From assembly GCA_001244265.2 (NCBI GenBank), contig LN717261.1, positions 1,565,591 through 1,629,590 of the forward strand: a DNA stretch of 64,000 nucleotides, given 5' to 3'. The position numbers and the translations under genes were made by a program. The notes under the pieces are model-generated. The model saw only the letters and a list, made by a program, of their open reading frames with translations. It was not told the DNA's origin and did not search any database. This document shows positions 1 through 18,969 of the stretch, in pieces. Source of the DNA: Microbotryum violaceum. Taxonomy: Eukaryota. How positions within the stretch are numbered: the first letter of the stretch is position 1; each line of letters begins with the position of its first letter.

Positions 1-1463
1 GGACATTCTATGAGCCAGGTTTAAACCGAGGCGCAGGCTTCTCCGTCTTTCTCCCTCCTGCTCTTCACCCCTGACCCATGGCACCTCATCCCAACGCCAC
101 CTTGAGCTTGCGACATCTGAAGCGGTCGTCGTGGAAGCTCTGCAACGAATACGGGATCAAGAAGTGCTTGCCGCATGCAACATAGCTACGAATTCGAGTA
201 AGTAACTTCATGAACTGTGCTCTTGGTGTGGGATTGTTCAGAAGCTAATGGGTTACTACCAAGCAGAAACTCCCTTCAACACGTCCTCTTCGAGTGTCAA
301 CCCTCGAGTTGTTTCTTCACCGTCAGCTGGTGACACTGCATGCGTGAGTTATCTATTGACATGGCTGTGCAGTCTTAGATATGACGGAAAACTGACACGA
401 GAAACAGACATTGCACGTCAGTGAAACAGCGGAAGGATTGACTTCGTACGGTTGAGGATCCGCCGGGTCATTGGGACACTAAATGTGAGTCTTCACTGAC
501 ATTGCTACAAATGGACAATAGCAAGAATACTGTTAGTTCTAAAGGACGAATCACGCAAAAAAAAACAGGTTTCGTGAATTGCGGTTCACCATCTGTGGCA
601 GATCCTCAGCGGCTCCGTTCAGTGGAGTGACCGTCGTGTTGGCAGGTATGTGCCAATCTTTCAAGAGCAAAGTGCAGGGCAGCATGATTAACTGACCGGT
701 TCGACTGTAACATCACAGGAGAACCGAAGCAATGCCTTCCCGTTATTCCACGGCTCGGTTCAGTGGAGTGACCGTCGTGTTGGCAGGTATGTGCCAATCT
801 TTCAAGAGCAAAGTGCAGGGCAGCATGATTAACTGACCGGTTCGACTGTAACATCACAGGAGAACCGAAGCAATGCCTTCCCATTATTCCCAAGTCATCG
901 TCTACACAAATCGTCGATTTCCTTGATGCTCCGGGAGGGACAGGCAAAACGTTCTTGGAAGAAACGGTCCTTGCTCGGATTCGGTCAGAGGGAACATACG
1001 CTCTTGCCGTTGCATCATCGGATATTGCCGTGCGACTGGCAGTCGCCAACTTGGTTTCACTATGCGCCGGCTCCAATTCCCGCTTCGCGTTGCCTTGGCC
1101 ATGACGATCAACAAAGTCCAAGGTCAATCACTCGATCGTGTTGGCGTCGATCTCTCCCTACATCCCGTCTTCACTCATGGGCAGCTGTATGTGGCATTGT
1201 CTCGAGCCATGAGTGTTGATCGAATCAAGGTGCTACTGCCCTCTCGCGACCCCGCCGATGATGACGACGGCCTACAAGCCCGTTGATCGAGCGGAAGCCG
1301 CAGCCACCGCGACCCCAAACCCAGTATTCCGCTCTGTTCTCAGAGCAATGAATGGGGAATAGTTTTGAAGCTGTCCTTTGTATTGTGTGTTTTACCTTCA
1401 ACTGAGATCACGTTTCTGCTATTTAATTTTCATCCTCCCGTTGATTTAACGGGTTCCCACTGG
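1..1463 (+). mobile_element. Helitron-derived mosaic (scrambled PIF1-like helicase fragments) ending in a Helitron 3' terminus
   Basis: Fragments [12 protein letters not shown] (~925), [11 protein letters not shown], [34 protein letters not shown] (1062-1286). Hairpin CCCGTT-gattt-AACGGG, then CTGG (1460-1463), then T. 1-~1030 is a direct copy of ~25532-26400. Confidence 0.85.
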
Positions 1464-4065
1464 TAAATAGTAAAAAAAAAGTGTCGATCCGCGACCATGT
1501 ACCTAAAATCGCTGTTTTTGACTGTGTTGCGGCCCTCTGGGCCGCCTATAGTGAATGTACAAGTACAGTATTGCGTCTGCCGCACCTGCCTGTGATATTG
1601 GCGTCCCGACCAGAAGTCATGTACGACCCTTTTCGCATTTTCTGCACCATAAAAGTCGAGCTACAGTCCGAGGATTTTTTTTGTTGATTTTTGACGGGGT
1701 GCCCAACTATTGAGCAGTTTGTGTGGGATTTAATATATAGCAAGCGCGTGGGTTTGCATGACACTTCTTCTAAGGAGCTCAGGCGTGGTCTCGCTGTCGT
1801 TGACGCGCGGACGCGGGCGTCACTAATAAGCTGCGCGATGCCCCGTCGATCACGTGACGTATTTCTGGCATCCCGATACCGGTTTTAGGGGCTCAACAAC
1901 AACATGAGGTTCCAGGCGCTGTGAATACTCCTGTAAATACTCCCGCGCTACTCTCTCCAATTTTCGCCTTTTCCCTCCCACTCTCATCGAATTTGCGTGA
2001 CAACCGCGCCGAGTCTTTGGCGCGAGGGTAGCGCCGTACGATAGCGTACCGCGCCTTACCATGGGAGACAAATGGACCCGCTGGGCGCCCCGCTCATCTC
2101 CTCTCCTCTTCGTCCCGCTCCGATCAACAGGATCAGCTCCCCGCGCGTAATGACAACAATCAACCGATCTTGGTATTGCGACCCGTATAAGCGTCCGCCG
2201 TACAGCTTTGTAGAACGGACAGCGTGGTCAGCGCGAGGGCCCGATGGTCGATCCGACGCTGAGCTCGCCCCACCACCACCTCTTCCTGCGCAGAGCAAGT
2301 GCACAGGCCTCGAACCGCGCTCAAACCACTCAAGCCCCACGTTCCTATCCGCGACTACCTCGGCCCCAGATGGCCGTGTGTATCCACTTCAAGACTCGAC
2401 ACTGGGAGTGCGAAAGGTCGAAGTCGACCGGACACTTCAGCACGTGCTGCTCGCAGGGTAAGGTGCAGCTACCTCCCCCTCCCAGCCCGATCCCAAGTAT
2501 CGAAATCTACTTGAAGGATAGCGGTCAGTTGCTCCGTCCAACAACATCCGTCTACAGTAGACCCGCATGCTGAACTGTGCAACCCACCTACACAGGAGCT
2601 CAAGCATTCCGCGAAAACGCCCGGTCGCACAACAACGCGCCGTCTTTCACTTCGACCAGACACGGCTGGGCACTCTAGGACTACCCGTGTTTCGCGTCTT
2701 CGGTCGCCGCTGTCATCGACTTTGCGCCCTGATCCCTGCCGTGAATCAACGCCCAGCCTTTGCCCAAACACGGCTCATCGACCCGGCCGAGGCCACTGAC
2801 ACTCTACTTGGACCCGACAGCCCAGACAGTCGCATACAAAGATCTACGTTGACCAAGCTCGAGTTCAAGTTGGTACCAACAATCGCTTTGTGAGCCTGTT
2901 TGCATTGACCAAGCTCGCGCAGGTTGGGATACGGCCAAAGAGTGGATCCTGCGCCTCTGCCTCCCGCCAGGCCGAGACTGACACACCCACATCCTTCCTA
3001 CGTCAAGCACGGAAATGGCGATACTTATTCCGACACCAACACGGGAGATCGTGGACCGCAAAAGATCGTATTCCCCAGGTGCACGGTGATCGATGTCCCG
3101 ATGGTCGACCCAAGTACCAAATCTTTAGCTCGCTCCATCCGTCTGCGATGCCTCTCCGGTAGCCACTACTATTTCCTGCAGGGGAAGACAGAAACCGAGA
3201 GCAGATTGGCAAAGGTGTCCAATCGCGCGAGGTACTTGCCGGTCTCGGTCTTGCTGACGAAGGCGAAGAGGAGGAGGAAGATTGTGACGATGAGGATGAA
3301 GACGGCGGGGGACTAAAAGAATGGTGATGGTGAACGTACGCGTCTTCGGCTCTTTCTCGTCTCGGATGCTCCATTCTGTTCAAGGCGCAAGCACAGACTG
3401 ACATTGAACTTTTGAACACCTAGGACGAAGGCCAAGTAAAGGGGTCGAGGTGGTGAGTCTCGCGTTCACAATTCTTTGCGCACTAATTGCCAAACGCGAC
3501 GAGTACTTCTCAATCCCGCATTGCACCCAGCGTCCCTTCCTGGAGTTTGTGATTTACGGATATACTCCCAAGTCGAGACCGATTGACTCAACACATCCGG
3601 TTGCATCAAAAGAACCTACGCCTCACCACGACCCAAGGCATCAACGGCTTGACCCCAAACCCAATTGGACGTTTGATGACTTTGGGCTCGACGTTCGAGA
3701 ATAGACCGTGCGACATCACGCAGCGATACCAGGATGCGATGGCGTGCGTTGTCAAACATGGAAAGCCTCCGCTGCTCATCACGATGACGTACGACCCCGA
3801 AGCACCGGAAATCAAGGCTGCACTGGGGCTGAATGACAAAGCATGCACCCGTCCGGATCTCATTGCACAAGTGTTTGAAGCCAAATCCGGCAACAAGCGA
3901 CATGCAGGCTGTTTCGGCGATGAATGTAGGATGAATGGATTTGTTTCTTTGCTGTACTTCGTAGGGTGTTTTCTTAACCTCTGCGCTGAGATCATGTAGA
4001 CTGTTCGATTATCCTGCTTTTCTTTTGAATCTGATCCTCCCGTTAATTTAACGGGTTCCCACTGG
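1464..4065 (+). mobile_element. Non-autonomous Helitron carrying the degenerate N-terminal part of RepHel
   Basis: C..HF..RHWECERSKSTGHFSTCCSQGKVQLP Zn-finger, HPSAMPLR, YQDAMACVVKHGKPPLLITMT..RPDLIAQVF. 3' hairpin and CTGG|T at 4062-4066. 5' boundary approximate. Confidence 0.8.
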
Positions 4066-4087
4066 TCTTATCTAATGGGGAACCCTG

Positions 4088-4270
4088 AAGCGAATGTGAG
4101 GCAACAAACTTAATCTGCTCGGTCCATGATAAGTGTACTGTACTTGTTCGCCATGTTGGCAAGAGCGACTGCCTCTTGTCAAGCCAAGCTCCGAGATGCT
4201 GTCTAATGACTCGGCGTCGGGAGGCACAACTATGACACGTGAACTGGGAGAGATCGACATCGCCGCAGGG
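4088..4270. repeat. Dispersed repeat shared with ~53170-53347
   Basis: Near-identical aagcgaatgtgaggcaacaaac...cgacatcgccgcaggg at both sites. Confidence 0.8.
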
Positions 4271-6954
4271 CGCGGCCCTGCGGTCCCGCCTCGACCCATC
4301 TCTGGCGGGTCCCTCTTCCATCTTCATCCGCCTGCGCAAAGTGCGAGCATCCGACCTGATCCCTTCGCTCACGGTCAACGATGTTGTTCATTCCGACCCT
4401 GATTCGATGCTTGGAGCGGCCAGCGACTACTTCGAGCGGGTCTATGAGGACCGCCCCATCGATGACGCGGCCCCGAAGGCGATCATCAACGGCCTCGCTT
4501 CAACTCGCCTCTCCCCCGCGGACTCACTCAAGCTCGAGGAAGCGTACCCGTTGGAGGAGATGACAAAGGCTCAAGCGGCGTGTAAGTCGAACTCTTCGCC
4601 AGGGCCTGACGGCCTCCCGGTTGAGTTTTATTGTGCTACGTGGCCGGCCACTGGCCCGATTCTTCGAGACGTCATCAACTCGATCCCCACCAAGGCCCGT
4701 CAGCCTGGACCTCTTCCCCGCAACACCGCCCACATCCATCTCATCCACAAACGCGACGAGAGGGATCAGCTTTCGAACAAACGCCCCATATTGCTCATCA
4801 ATGCGGACGAGCGCATTATCTCGCAAGCCCACAACCAGCGCCTCGCTCCCTTGCTCGAGTCCCTGATCGGCCCAACCCAACGTGGCTTTGTTCCGAACCG
4901 TTGGATCGGCACGAACATCGCTGAGGTCCAATGTCTCATGGACCCTGGACTTCCGGGCTCAACACCCGTGTCTGGCATGCTAGCGGTGATGGACTTTGAA
5001 AAGGCTTACGGTCGTCTTTCCCACCCGTACCTTGATGCAGTCCTCTGCGCCGTTGGCCTCGGCCCCAAAGCCCGCCAATGGTACCGAGCGGCCTACACCA
5101 ACCAATCTGCCTCGATCTTCCTCAACGGTTGGCTCTCTGCCACTTTCGACATCCTGTCGGGCGTTCGGCAAGGTGATCCTTTGGCTCCGTCTCTCTTCGT
5201 CCTGGCGATCGAAGGTTTTGCCTGTTAGATTCGATTGAGAGTCAAGGGCATCGATATTGCGGGCCTCCAAAACGTTCGCGAACTCCTTTTTGCCGACGAC
5301 GCTTGCTGCGCACTCCACAACCTCTCGGACCTCGACCACCTCAATCAGGCGATCGAGCTTTACGAACGGGCAAGTGCCAGCAAGCTCAGCATCGTCAAAT
5401 CTTTCCTCTACCCCCTTGGAGCTTTTCGGAATCGGTCGATCGCCCCAGATCTCGGGACCTGGCGTCTCAGTGATTCGCAGTTTCGCGACCTTGGTATTCA
5501 GGTCGGGCTGGGAAGATGTCAAGGCCCCGACCATCGCTCGGATACGCTCAGTTTCGATGTACGATCTCCCATATGCAGCCAAGTGTTCGATCATCAACAT
5601 CTACTGCTACACAAAGATCTTGTACTACAGCCGATTCCTTCCCGCCCCCAAGAGCGTTGTCAAGGAGATCGAGGAGGCCGCCATGCTCGCCATTCATGGT
5701 CGAGCTTCGGATGGTACTCAGCGACGTCCGAAGGTCTCCCGGTCGCGCCTCTGCACCCCTCTCGATCACGGCGGCTTCGGTTTGATTGATCTGCCTCGGC
5801 GTCTAGCAATCGATCACGCGAAGTGGGTCTTCCAGCTACGGGCCCCGGACGGCTGCTTCACACACCACCTCTTCGACATCCGCATCCGCCTCCAGGCACC
5901 AAACGAACCAACCCCTTTCACCTTGTCCAGACCGGCCCCCAACCGGCATCGTTGCCCTTGGATTCTGGTGGGCATACTTTTGCCATCCTCCCCCAAAGTG
6001 GGACCATGCGGTGAGAAAAATGACAAAACTTCTTCCTGCTCGTTGGGTCCGATACTTCGAAGCCTGGGCGTTGGTGACCACGCTCAATCCCCCGGAACTC
6101 TCCAAGAGCCAGAACCTCGAGCAATGGGCGACGCACGTACTCTATTTCCCAGCGGGCCACGGAATACAACTCTCGGTAAACCCGACGCTTTTTCGAGGGC
6201 CCGATGGCGAGGTGATGACCTCGTCTTCGTTTGTGAACGTGTCCAAACGCCACCAAGTCTTCATCTTCCCCCTATTTTCCCCAAGGGACACCAGAAGGTA
6301 TTCAATCTGCCTGAGCAACGCTGGAACGCTTGGTGGAAGGCTTTGCGCAAGGTTCGCCGGGTTCACTCGGACGCCGAGGATACCGGCCACCTTGTCTCCC
6401 TGGGGTCCCTCCATCCGGGAAGCCAAGTTGCCTCCCCAACCAGCCCACATCCCAACAATTGATCTACCTCCTGTGTGATGTGCCTCTCGGAAGCACCCGA
6501 GTGCCTGGTTCACCTCGCGGTCGGCTGCCCATTTGCCCGGCGCCTCTGGTCTGCTCTGTCTTTGACCCCCCACCCAGTCTTTGTGGACTTTGTATGCCCG
6601 GTCGTGTCTCGCTCGGAACGTCGACTTGTCGAACTACGAGTCCTCTTCTTTCACTCGATCTGGAAGCTCTGTCGCCGTCGTCGATTCTCGTCGGATCTTT
6701 TGGAACCGATCACCGAAAAGGAGTTCGAGGGGCTTCGAGCCTCTATCCAGGAGTCCAAGGGTCGCCTAGTGTCTCTGTAAGACACCAAAGGGGGTTTTAG
6801 TGGGTATGGTTGATCCTGGTTCAGGGTCAATGAGTCCTACACTACTGGCTTCTGCCAGTGTGCGTAACAGCATTCCCTCCGACTTTTCCGAAGATTTCTA
6901 GGTATTGATATAATTATGCTGTTAATGAAGTCTATCCAATAAATAAATAAAAAA
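4271..6954 (+). mobile_element. 5'-truncated non-LTR retrotransposon (L1/Tx1-like LINE) with disrupted ORF2
   Basis: RT motifs SPGPDG, DFEKAY, GVRQGDPLAPSLF, LFADD. C-terminal C-x2-C...H..C (zf-RVT-like) ending at 6780. 3' UTR with (TAAA)n/A tail at ~6938-6954. Stops and frameshifts present. Confidence 0.9.
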
Positions 6955-7593
6955 TCCTCGAGTTGCCTTTTTGGGCTGACTTCGGCGTTCTAACCTTGCG
7001 CTGCCGCTTTGCTGGAGCTGTTATCTACTGGAGGTCCTCGACGTTTCTTTACCCCGAGTACACACCTCTTTGTTTCCTCCCGCCCACCTACCGCTATATC
7101 TGAGATCTCATCAAACCGCGCCAACTTCATCGTTCACCTCCCCTCCTCCCCTTACCCCCAGCAACCCACCCAACCACCTATCAAGATACGATGCAGTCTG
7201 TTCAACTTATCAGTCTCATCGATACTGCAAAGATCCACGCCAAGGTGGACACTTGCCCAGCAACACTGAACGATCCCAAGGCACCGTGTGTCAAGGCTCA
7301 ACCATTCTGCATCGTGTCGTGAGATCATCCCTGGTTAAGTCGCGTTTGCGAGACCATTCATCTACGGACAAGAGCCCACCTCAGTAGCTCATATTACTTA
7401 CTCCTATATTTGTCCTTATTGTACAGCTCATCCGTGGCGCTGGACCGGCACCTGACGTAGTTCGAGCATGCCAAACAGGAGCTCAGATGGAAGATTGTCA
7501 CCGTTGCGGCAGCAGGGCGAGCAGGCAGACCGCTGACAATAAGGGTGCGGTGGAGAGGGTCAAGGCCTTTCGTACGCATTTTACTGTGTAATA

Positions 7594-10500
7594 TCAGTGG
7601 GAACCCGTTAAATTAACGGGAGGATCAAATTCAAAAAATAGCAAGATAATCGAGCAATCTACATGATTTCAGCTCAGAGATTAAGAGAACACAATACGAA
7701 GTACAGCAAAGAAACTGAATTCATTCATCCTACATTCATCGCCAAAACAGCCTGCATGTCGCTTGTTGCCGGATTGGCTTCAAACACTTGTGCAATGAGA
7801 TCCGGACGGTTGCATGCTTTGTCATTCGGCCCCAGTGCAGCCTTGATTTCCGGTGAGTCGGGGTCGTACATCATTGTAATGAGCAGCAGAGGCTTTCCAT
7901 GTTTGACAACGCACGCCATCGCATCCTGGTATCGCTGCGTGATGTCGCGCGGTCTATTCTTGATCATCGAACGTCCAATTTGGTTCGGGTCAAGCCGTTG
8001 ATGCCTTGGGTCGTGGTGAGGCGTAGGTTCTCTTGATGCAACCGGATGTGTTGAGTCAATCGGTCTCGACTTGGGAGTATATCCGTAAATCACAAACTCC
8101 AGGAAGGGACGCTGGGTGCAATGCGGGATTGAGAAGTACTCGTCGCGTTTGGCAATTAGTGCGCAAAGAATTGTGAACGCGAGACTCACCACCTCGACCC
8201 CTTTACTTGGCCTTCGTCCTAGGTGTTCAAAAGTTCAATGTCAGTCTGTGCTTGCGCCTTAGACAGAATGGAACATCAGAGAAAGAGCCGAAGACGCGTA
8301 CGTTCGCCATCACCATCCTCTTCGGCCGCTTCCTCGCCGTCTTCATCCTCATCGTCGCGGTCTTTGTCCTCCTCTTCGCCTCCGTCATCAAGACCGAGAC
8401 CGGCAAGTACCTCGCGCGATTAGACACCATTGTCGATCTGCTCTCAGTTTCTGGCGATTGGCGGCCTGGCTTGGTGTAACCCCGCAAAGAGGAAAGTTGG
8501 GGTGGAAGCCATCTTCCCCTGCGGGGAAGAGTAGTGAGTACCGGAGGCATCGCAGACGGATGGAGCGAGCTGATGACTTGGTACTTGGGCCGACCCTCGG
8601 GACATCGATCACCGTGCACCTGGAGAATAAGGTTTTGACGTCCACGATCTCCCGTTTCGGTGTCGGAATCGCATATGAGCATCGCCATTTCCGTGCTCGA
8701 CGTAGGAAGGTTGTGGGTGCGTCGGTCTCGGCCTGGACGGAGGCAGAGGCGCAGGATCCACTCTTTGGCCGTATCCCAACCTGCGCGAGCCTTGGGCGAT
8801 GCGAACTCCCTCACAAAGCGATTGCCGGTGCGCAGAATGGACTCGAGCTTGTCAAAGTAGATCGTTGCATGTGACTGTCTGCGCCGTCGGGTCCAAGTCG
8901 AGTGTCGGTGGCCTCGGCCGGGTCGATCAGCCATGTTTGAGTAAAGGCTGGGCGTTGATTCACGGCAGGAATCAGGGCGCCGAGTCGATGGTAGAGGCGA
9001 CCAAACACGCGAAACACGGGGGGTCCTAGCGTGCCCACTTGAGTTTGGTCCCAGTGGGCAGCGAGCGAAGTAAACGGCACCGCGTTGTTGTACGATCGGG
9101 CGTTCTCGCGGAACGCTTTTGCTTCTGTGTGCGTGGGAAGATTGTCGTGGAATTGTCGTCGCACAGTTCAACATGTGGGTCTACTGCAGACGAATGTTGT
9201 TGGACGGAGCAACTGACCGCTATCCGAGCCTTCAAGAAGCTGCCGATACTCGAGATTGGGCTGGGGAGGGGAAGGCAACTGCACCTTGCCCTGCGAGCAG
9301 ATCCTCGAGTCGCGACAAAGAGCCTATGACCTCATCAGCACGTGCTGAAGTGTCCGGTCGACTTCGACCTTTCGCACTCCAAGTGCCAAGCCTTGCAGTG
9401 GGTGCACACGGCCACCTGCGGGGCGAGGTCATCGCGGATCGAAACGTGGGGCTTGAGGGGTTTGAGCGCGATTTGAGGCCTGTGCACTTGCTTTGCGCAG
9501 GAAGAGGTGGCGGTGGGGCGAGCTCAGCGTCGGATCAGCCATCGGGCCCTCGCGCTGACCACGCTGTCCGTTCTACAAAGCTGTACGGCGGACGCTTATA
9601 CGGGTCGCAATACCAAGATCGGTTGGTTGTTGTCATTACGCGCGGGGAGCTGACCTTGTTTTGATCGGAGCCGGACCAAGAGGAGAGGAGAGGAGCGTGG
9701 CGCCCAGCGGGCCCATGGTCTCCCCATGTTCCCGCGGTACGCTATAGGACGCCCGAAAGCCCGGCCTGAGGCGCGTAGCGCCCGACTGGACAAATTTGGG
9801 GCCTCAGATGGGCCAAAATTGCCAAGGCGCGTAGTCGGGGGTGGACAAATCATGGTGCGCCGGTGTGGGTGGGGTCCTAGGCCCGTAGGTTTCAGTGGAC
9901 AAATCGGGACCCATTTCGGCCACGTTCGGCTTGGAAAGCCAAAGTTTGCCGACCCTCAAGAGCAGCGTGAGCGCGCGCGAAACATTCCGGGCTGTACCGA
10001 ATTCACAACAACGGCCTCCTCTAATTGATGGATATTTTGCACTTCCAACGTTTATTCTTACAAATCTACAATTAATTTAATCGACTTGCTTTTAACCTTC
10101 GGTTTCATGAATTATAACCTCTTGGCTAGTTGAACGAAGCGTTTGAAAATTTGAACGTTTGAGTGCGCGCGTCTCTTGCCTTCCCCGCCATGTTGCGTCG
10201 ACGTCGTCTGTGCCATCATCGCCAATATCATACATTCTCGGCACGGCTTGCTTTGACGAAACGTAGAGGTCCGGATATCGATCTCTTTGACAATGATTTT
10301 GAGCGAATGGCACCCCTCTTGGACGTGAGGGTGTCTAAGCTTTTCGCCTCCAGCTTTGACAAACCAGCCAATGCACCCGGATTCAGCTTAAACAGCTTTC
10401 ATGGTCGACAGACGAGCCTCTCGAGTTTGAATCCCTTGCTAGGCCGCTCGATGCTTTGAGGGACAAGTTGAAGATCGTGGAGCAATCCTTGCGGCACGTA

Positions 10501-11703
10501 GGCAAGGCCACCCGTCTATCATTATCGGCTGCCTTTCGACGTCGAATCTGGCGGCATATGCCTCACGCTGAGCGCATGCGTTCGGTTGTTCTCAGTCGCT
10601 AAGAGTTGGTGAAGTTATCCGCGTGTCGGCATCGAAGATCAACGTCCCTTCGTTAGAGCTCTGGAAGTGATGCCGTCACTGCTCGTTGAGGAGCAATTAC
10701 CCCCCTCAATGAACCTGGGGGTTTGTAGATCTCACTGTAGCTAGCTTACTGCTTCGCAGAGTGACTGAAATCGATCTTACCTCTCGCGGTTCGTCACATG
10801 TATACTATGGCCACGTTAAATCATAGGCAAAGAGGCAGGCAGTAAGTGCAGGTGGGGAGCCCTCGGCGAAGCAGAAGTGAAACGGTTGACGCGCGCGCGG
10901 GCTCCGCCGATTCGGCCCGAGCGAAAAACGTCCGGACGGCGTTTTCGCGATTTTTGAAGATGTTTTAGAGCATTTGAAGCAATTCTAGAGCTATTTTTTG
11001 AGGCGCGTAGATGGACTGGACATTTTGGGGACATTTTGGGACCAAAATTCCAAAAAATGGTGGACAAATGAGGTCCAAAATCGGCGATTTTCCCGGATTT
11101 TACCTACGCGCCTCAGGCTGGGCTTTCATGGGTCCTTACGCTATCGTACGGCGCTACCCTCGCGCCAAAGACTCGGCGCTGTTGTCACGAAAATTCGATG
11201 AGAGGGGGAGGGAAAAGGTGAAAATTAGAGAGAGCAGCGCGGGAGTTTTTACAGCGCCTGGAACCTCATGTTGTTGTTGAGCCCCTAAAACCGGTGTCGG
11301 AATGCAAAGAATACGTCACGTGATCGACGGGGCATCCCGTAGCGTAGCCGCGCCTGCGCCCGCGCATCAACGCGTCAACGACGGCGAGACCACCCCGGAG
11401 CTCTGTAGAAGAAGTGTCATGCAAACCCACCCGCTTGCTATACATTAAGTCCCACACAAACTGCTTAATAGTTGGGCACCCCGCCAAAAATCAACAAAAG
11501 TTTTCCTCGGGCTGTAGCTCGACTTTTATGGTGCAGAAAATGCGAAAAGGGTCGTACATGACTTCTGGTCGGGACGCCAATACCACAGGCAGATGCGGCA
11601 GACCCAATACTGTACTGGAACATTCACTATAGGCGGCCAACGCAGTCAAAAATAGCGATTTTAGGTACATGGTCGCGGATCGACCTTTTTATATATCCTT
11701 AAA
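7594..11703 (-). mobile_element. Non-autonomous Helitron (same family as 1464-4065), interrupted by a TIR element at 9746-11136
   Basis: Reverse-complement match to 1480-4065. FRENARSYNNA.FTSL and LLFPAGEDGFHPN motifs. 3' hairpin and CTGA|T at 7597-7593. Confidence 0.85.
9746..11136 (+). mobile_element. Non-autonomous TIR DNA transposon of the P-like AGGAC family, 1391 bp
   Basis: Imperfect ~33-bp TIRs (AGGACGCCCGAAAGCCCGGCCTGAGGCGCGTAG and rc AGGACCCATGAAAGCCCAGCCTGAGGCGCGTAG). Perfect 8-bp TSD TACGCTAT at 9738-9745 and 11137-11144. The empty site is visible in the paralogous Helitron at ~2035-2050. Confidence 0.92.
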
Positions 11704-11998
11704 CCAGTGGGAACCCGTTAAATTAACAGGAGGACGAAATTCAAAAAATAGCAGGATAATCGAACAGTCTACATGATATTAGCGCAGAGGTTAACAAAAC
11801 ACAACACGAAGTACAGCAAAGAAACAAAATCCATTCATCTTACCGGCAGGCAATGAGTGTAAGATGAATGGATTTTGTTTCTTTGCTGTATTTCGTATTG
11901 TGTTTTGCTAACCTCTGCGCTGATATCATGTAGACTGTTCGATTATCCTGCTATTTTTTGAATTTCATCCTCCCGTTAATTTAATGGGTTCCCACTGG
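11704..11998. repeat. 295-bp foldback formed by two inverted Helitron 3' termini
   Basis: Arms 11704-11843 and 11859-11998 are near-perfect reverse complements with a 15-nt spacer; each ends in hairpin+CTGG. Confidence 0.9.
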
Positions 11999-12148
11999 TT
12001 ACCCTTTACTACCTCTATACTAGTGCGGTGGCGCGCTTTGCGAGCCATGACGTCATGCCACGTGGTTTGTCTCGTTCTAGAATGTTCTTTACCTCGACGG
12101 CCTATTTTATTATATAGTTTTAAGGATTCATTGCCGACACAGCCTGCA

Positions 12149-17611
<5,463 letters not shown>

Positions 17612-17622
17612 ACCCGGGGTGA

Positions 17623-18425
<803 letters not shown>

Positions 18426-18969
18426 GACAGCTCTCGGTCTAGCGCGTCCCCAGAATTAGCTAGCGCTGATTCCGCATCGGCGACACCGCTTCGTCTACCT
18501 TTGCCGAGGTTCCTTTCAATAGCACGTGACTCTCTCTGTTCCGAAGCAGACTGTTTCGCGTGTCCACCACGTCGACGTCAAAGAACGTCAGAGAACGGGA
18601 GACAGACCACGTGGCAACAGACCGTTTTGTCCATGTTCGCCAAGGTTCCATTTCCCATCCAAGCAGCCTGGCACGTGACCCTCTGCTTTGGGCTTCACTC
18701 CACGACGCTCCGTGGCCTTCTGCTGTATAACATTCTTCATGGAGAGCAGAGCCCCCAGGGGCAGCCGACGGCTCGCCGATGCGCCGTCCGCAAGGCTGCT
18801 TCGCCAAAAGCATCAATCCAGAACTCGCGCGCAATGACAGTAAAAAACTGGAATGTGTGGTCCATGCATGAAAGCCGTTGCAGGGACCCCCTGCCTTCCC
18901 GCTCCTCCACTCAACCCGACCTCCGCTCTAATCTAGATGCCGCCGCCAACAACCTCTGCAACTGCCAAA

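Noticed and set aside
6955-7593. Possible gene fragment between the LINE and the Helitron
   Set aside because: No recognisable motif or repeat partner in the window.
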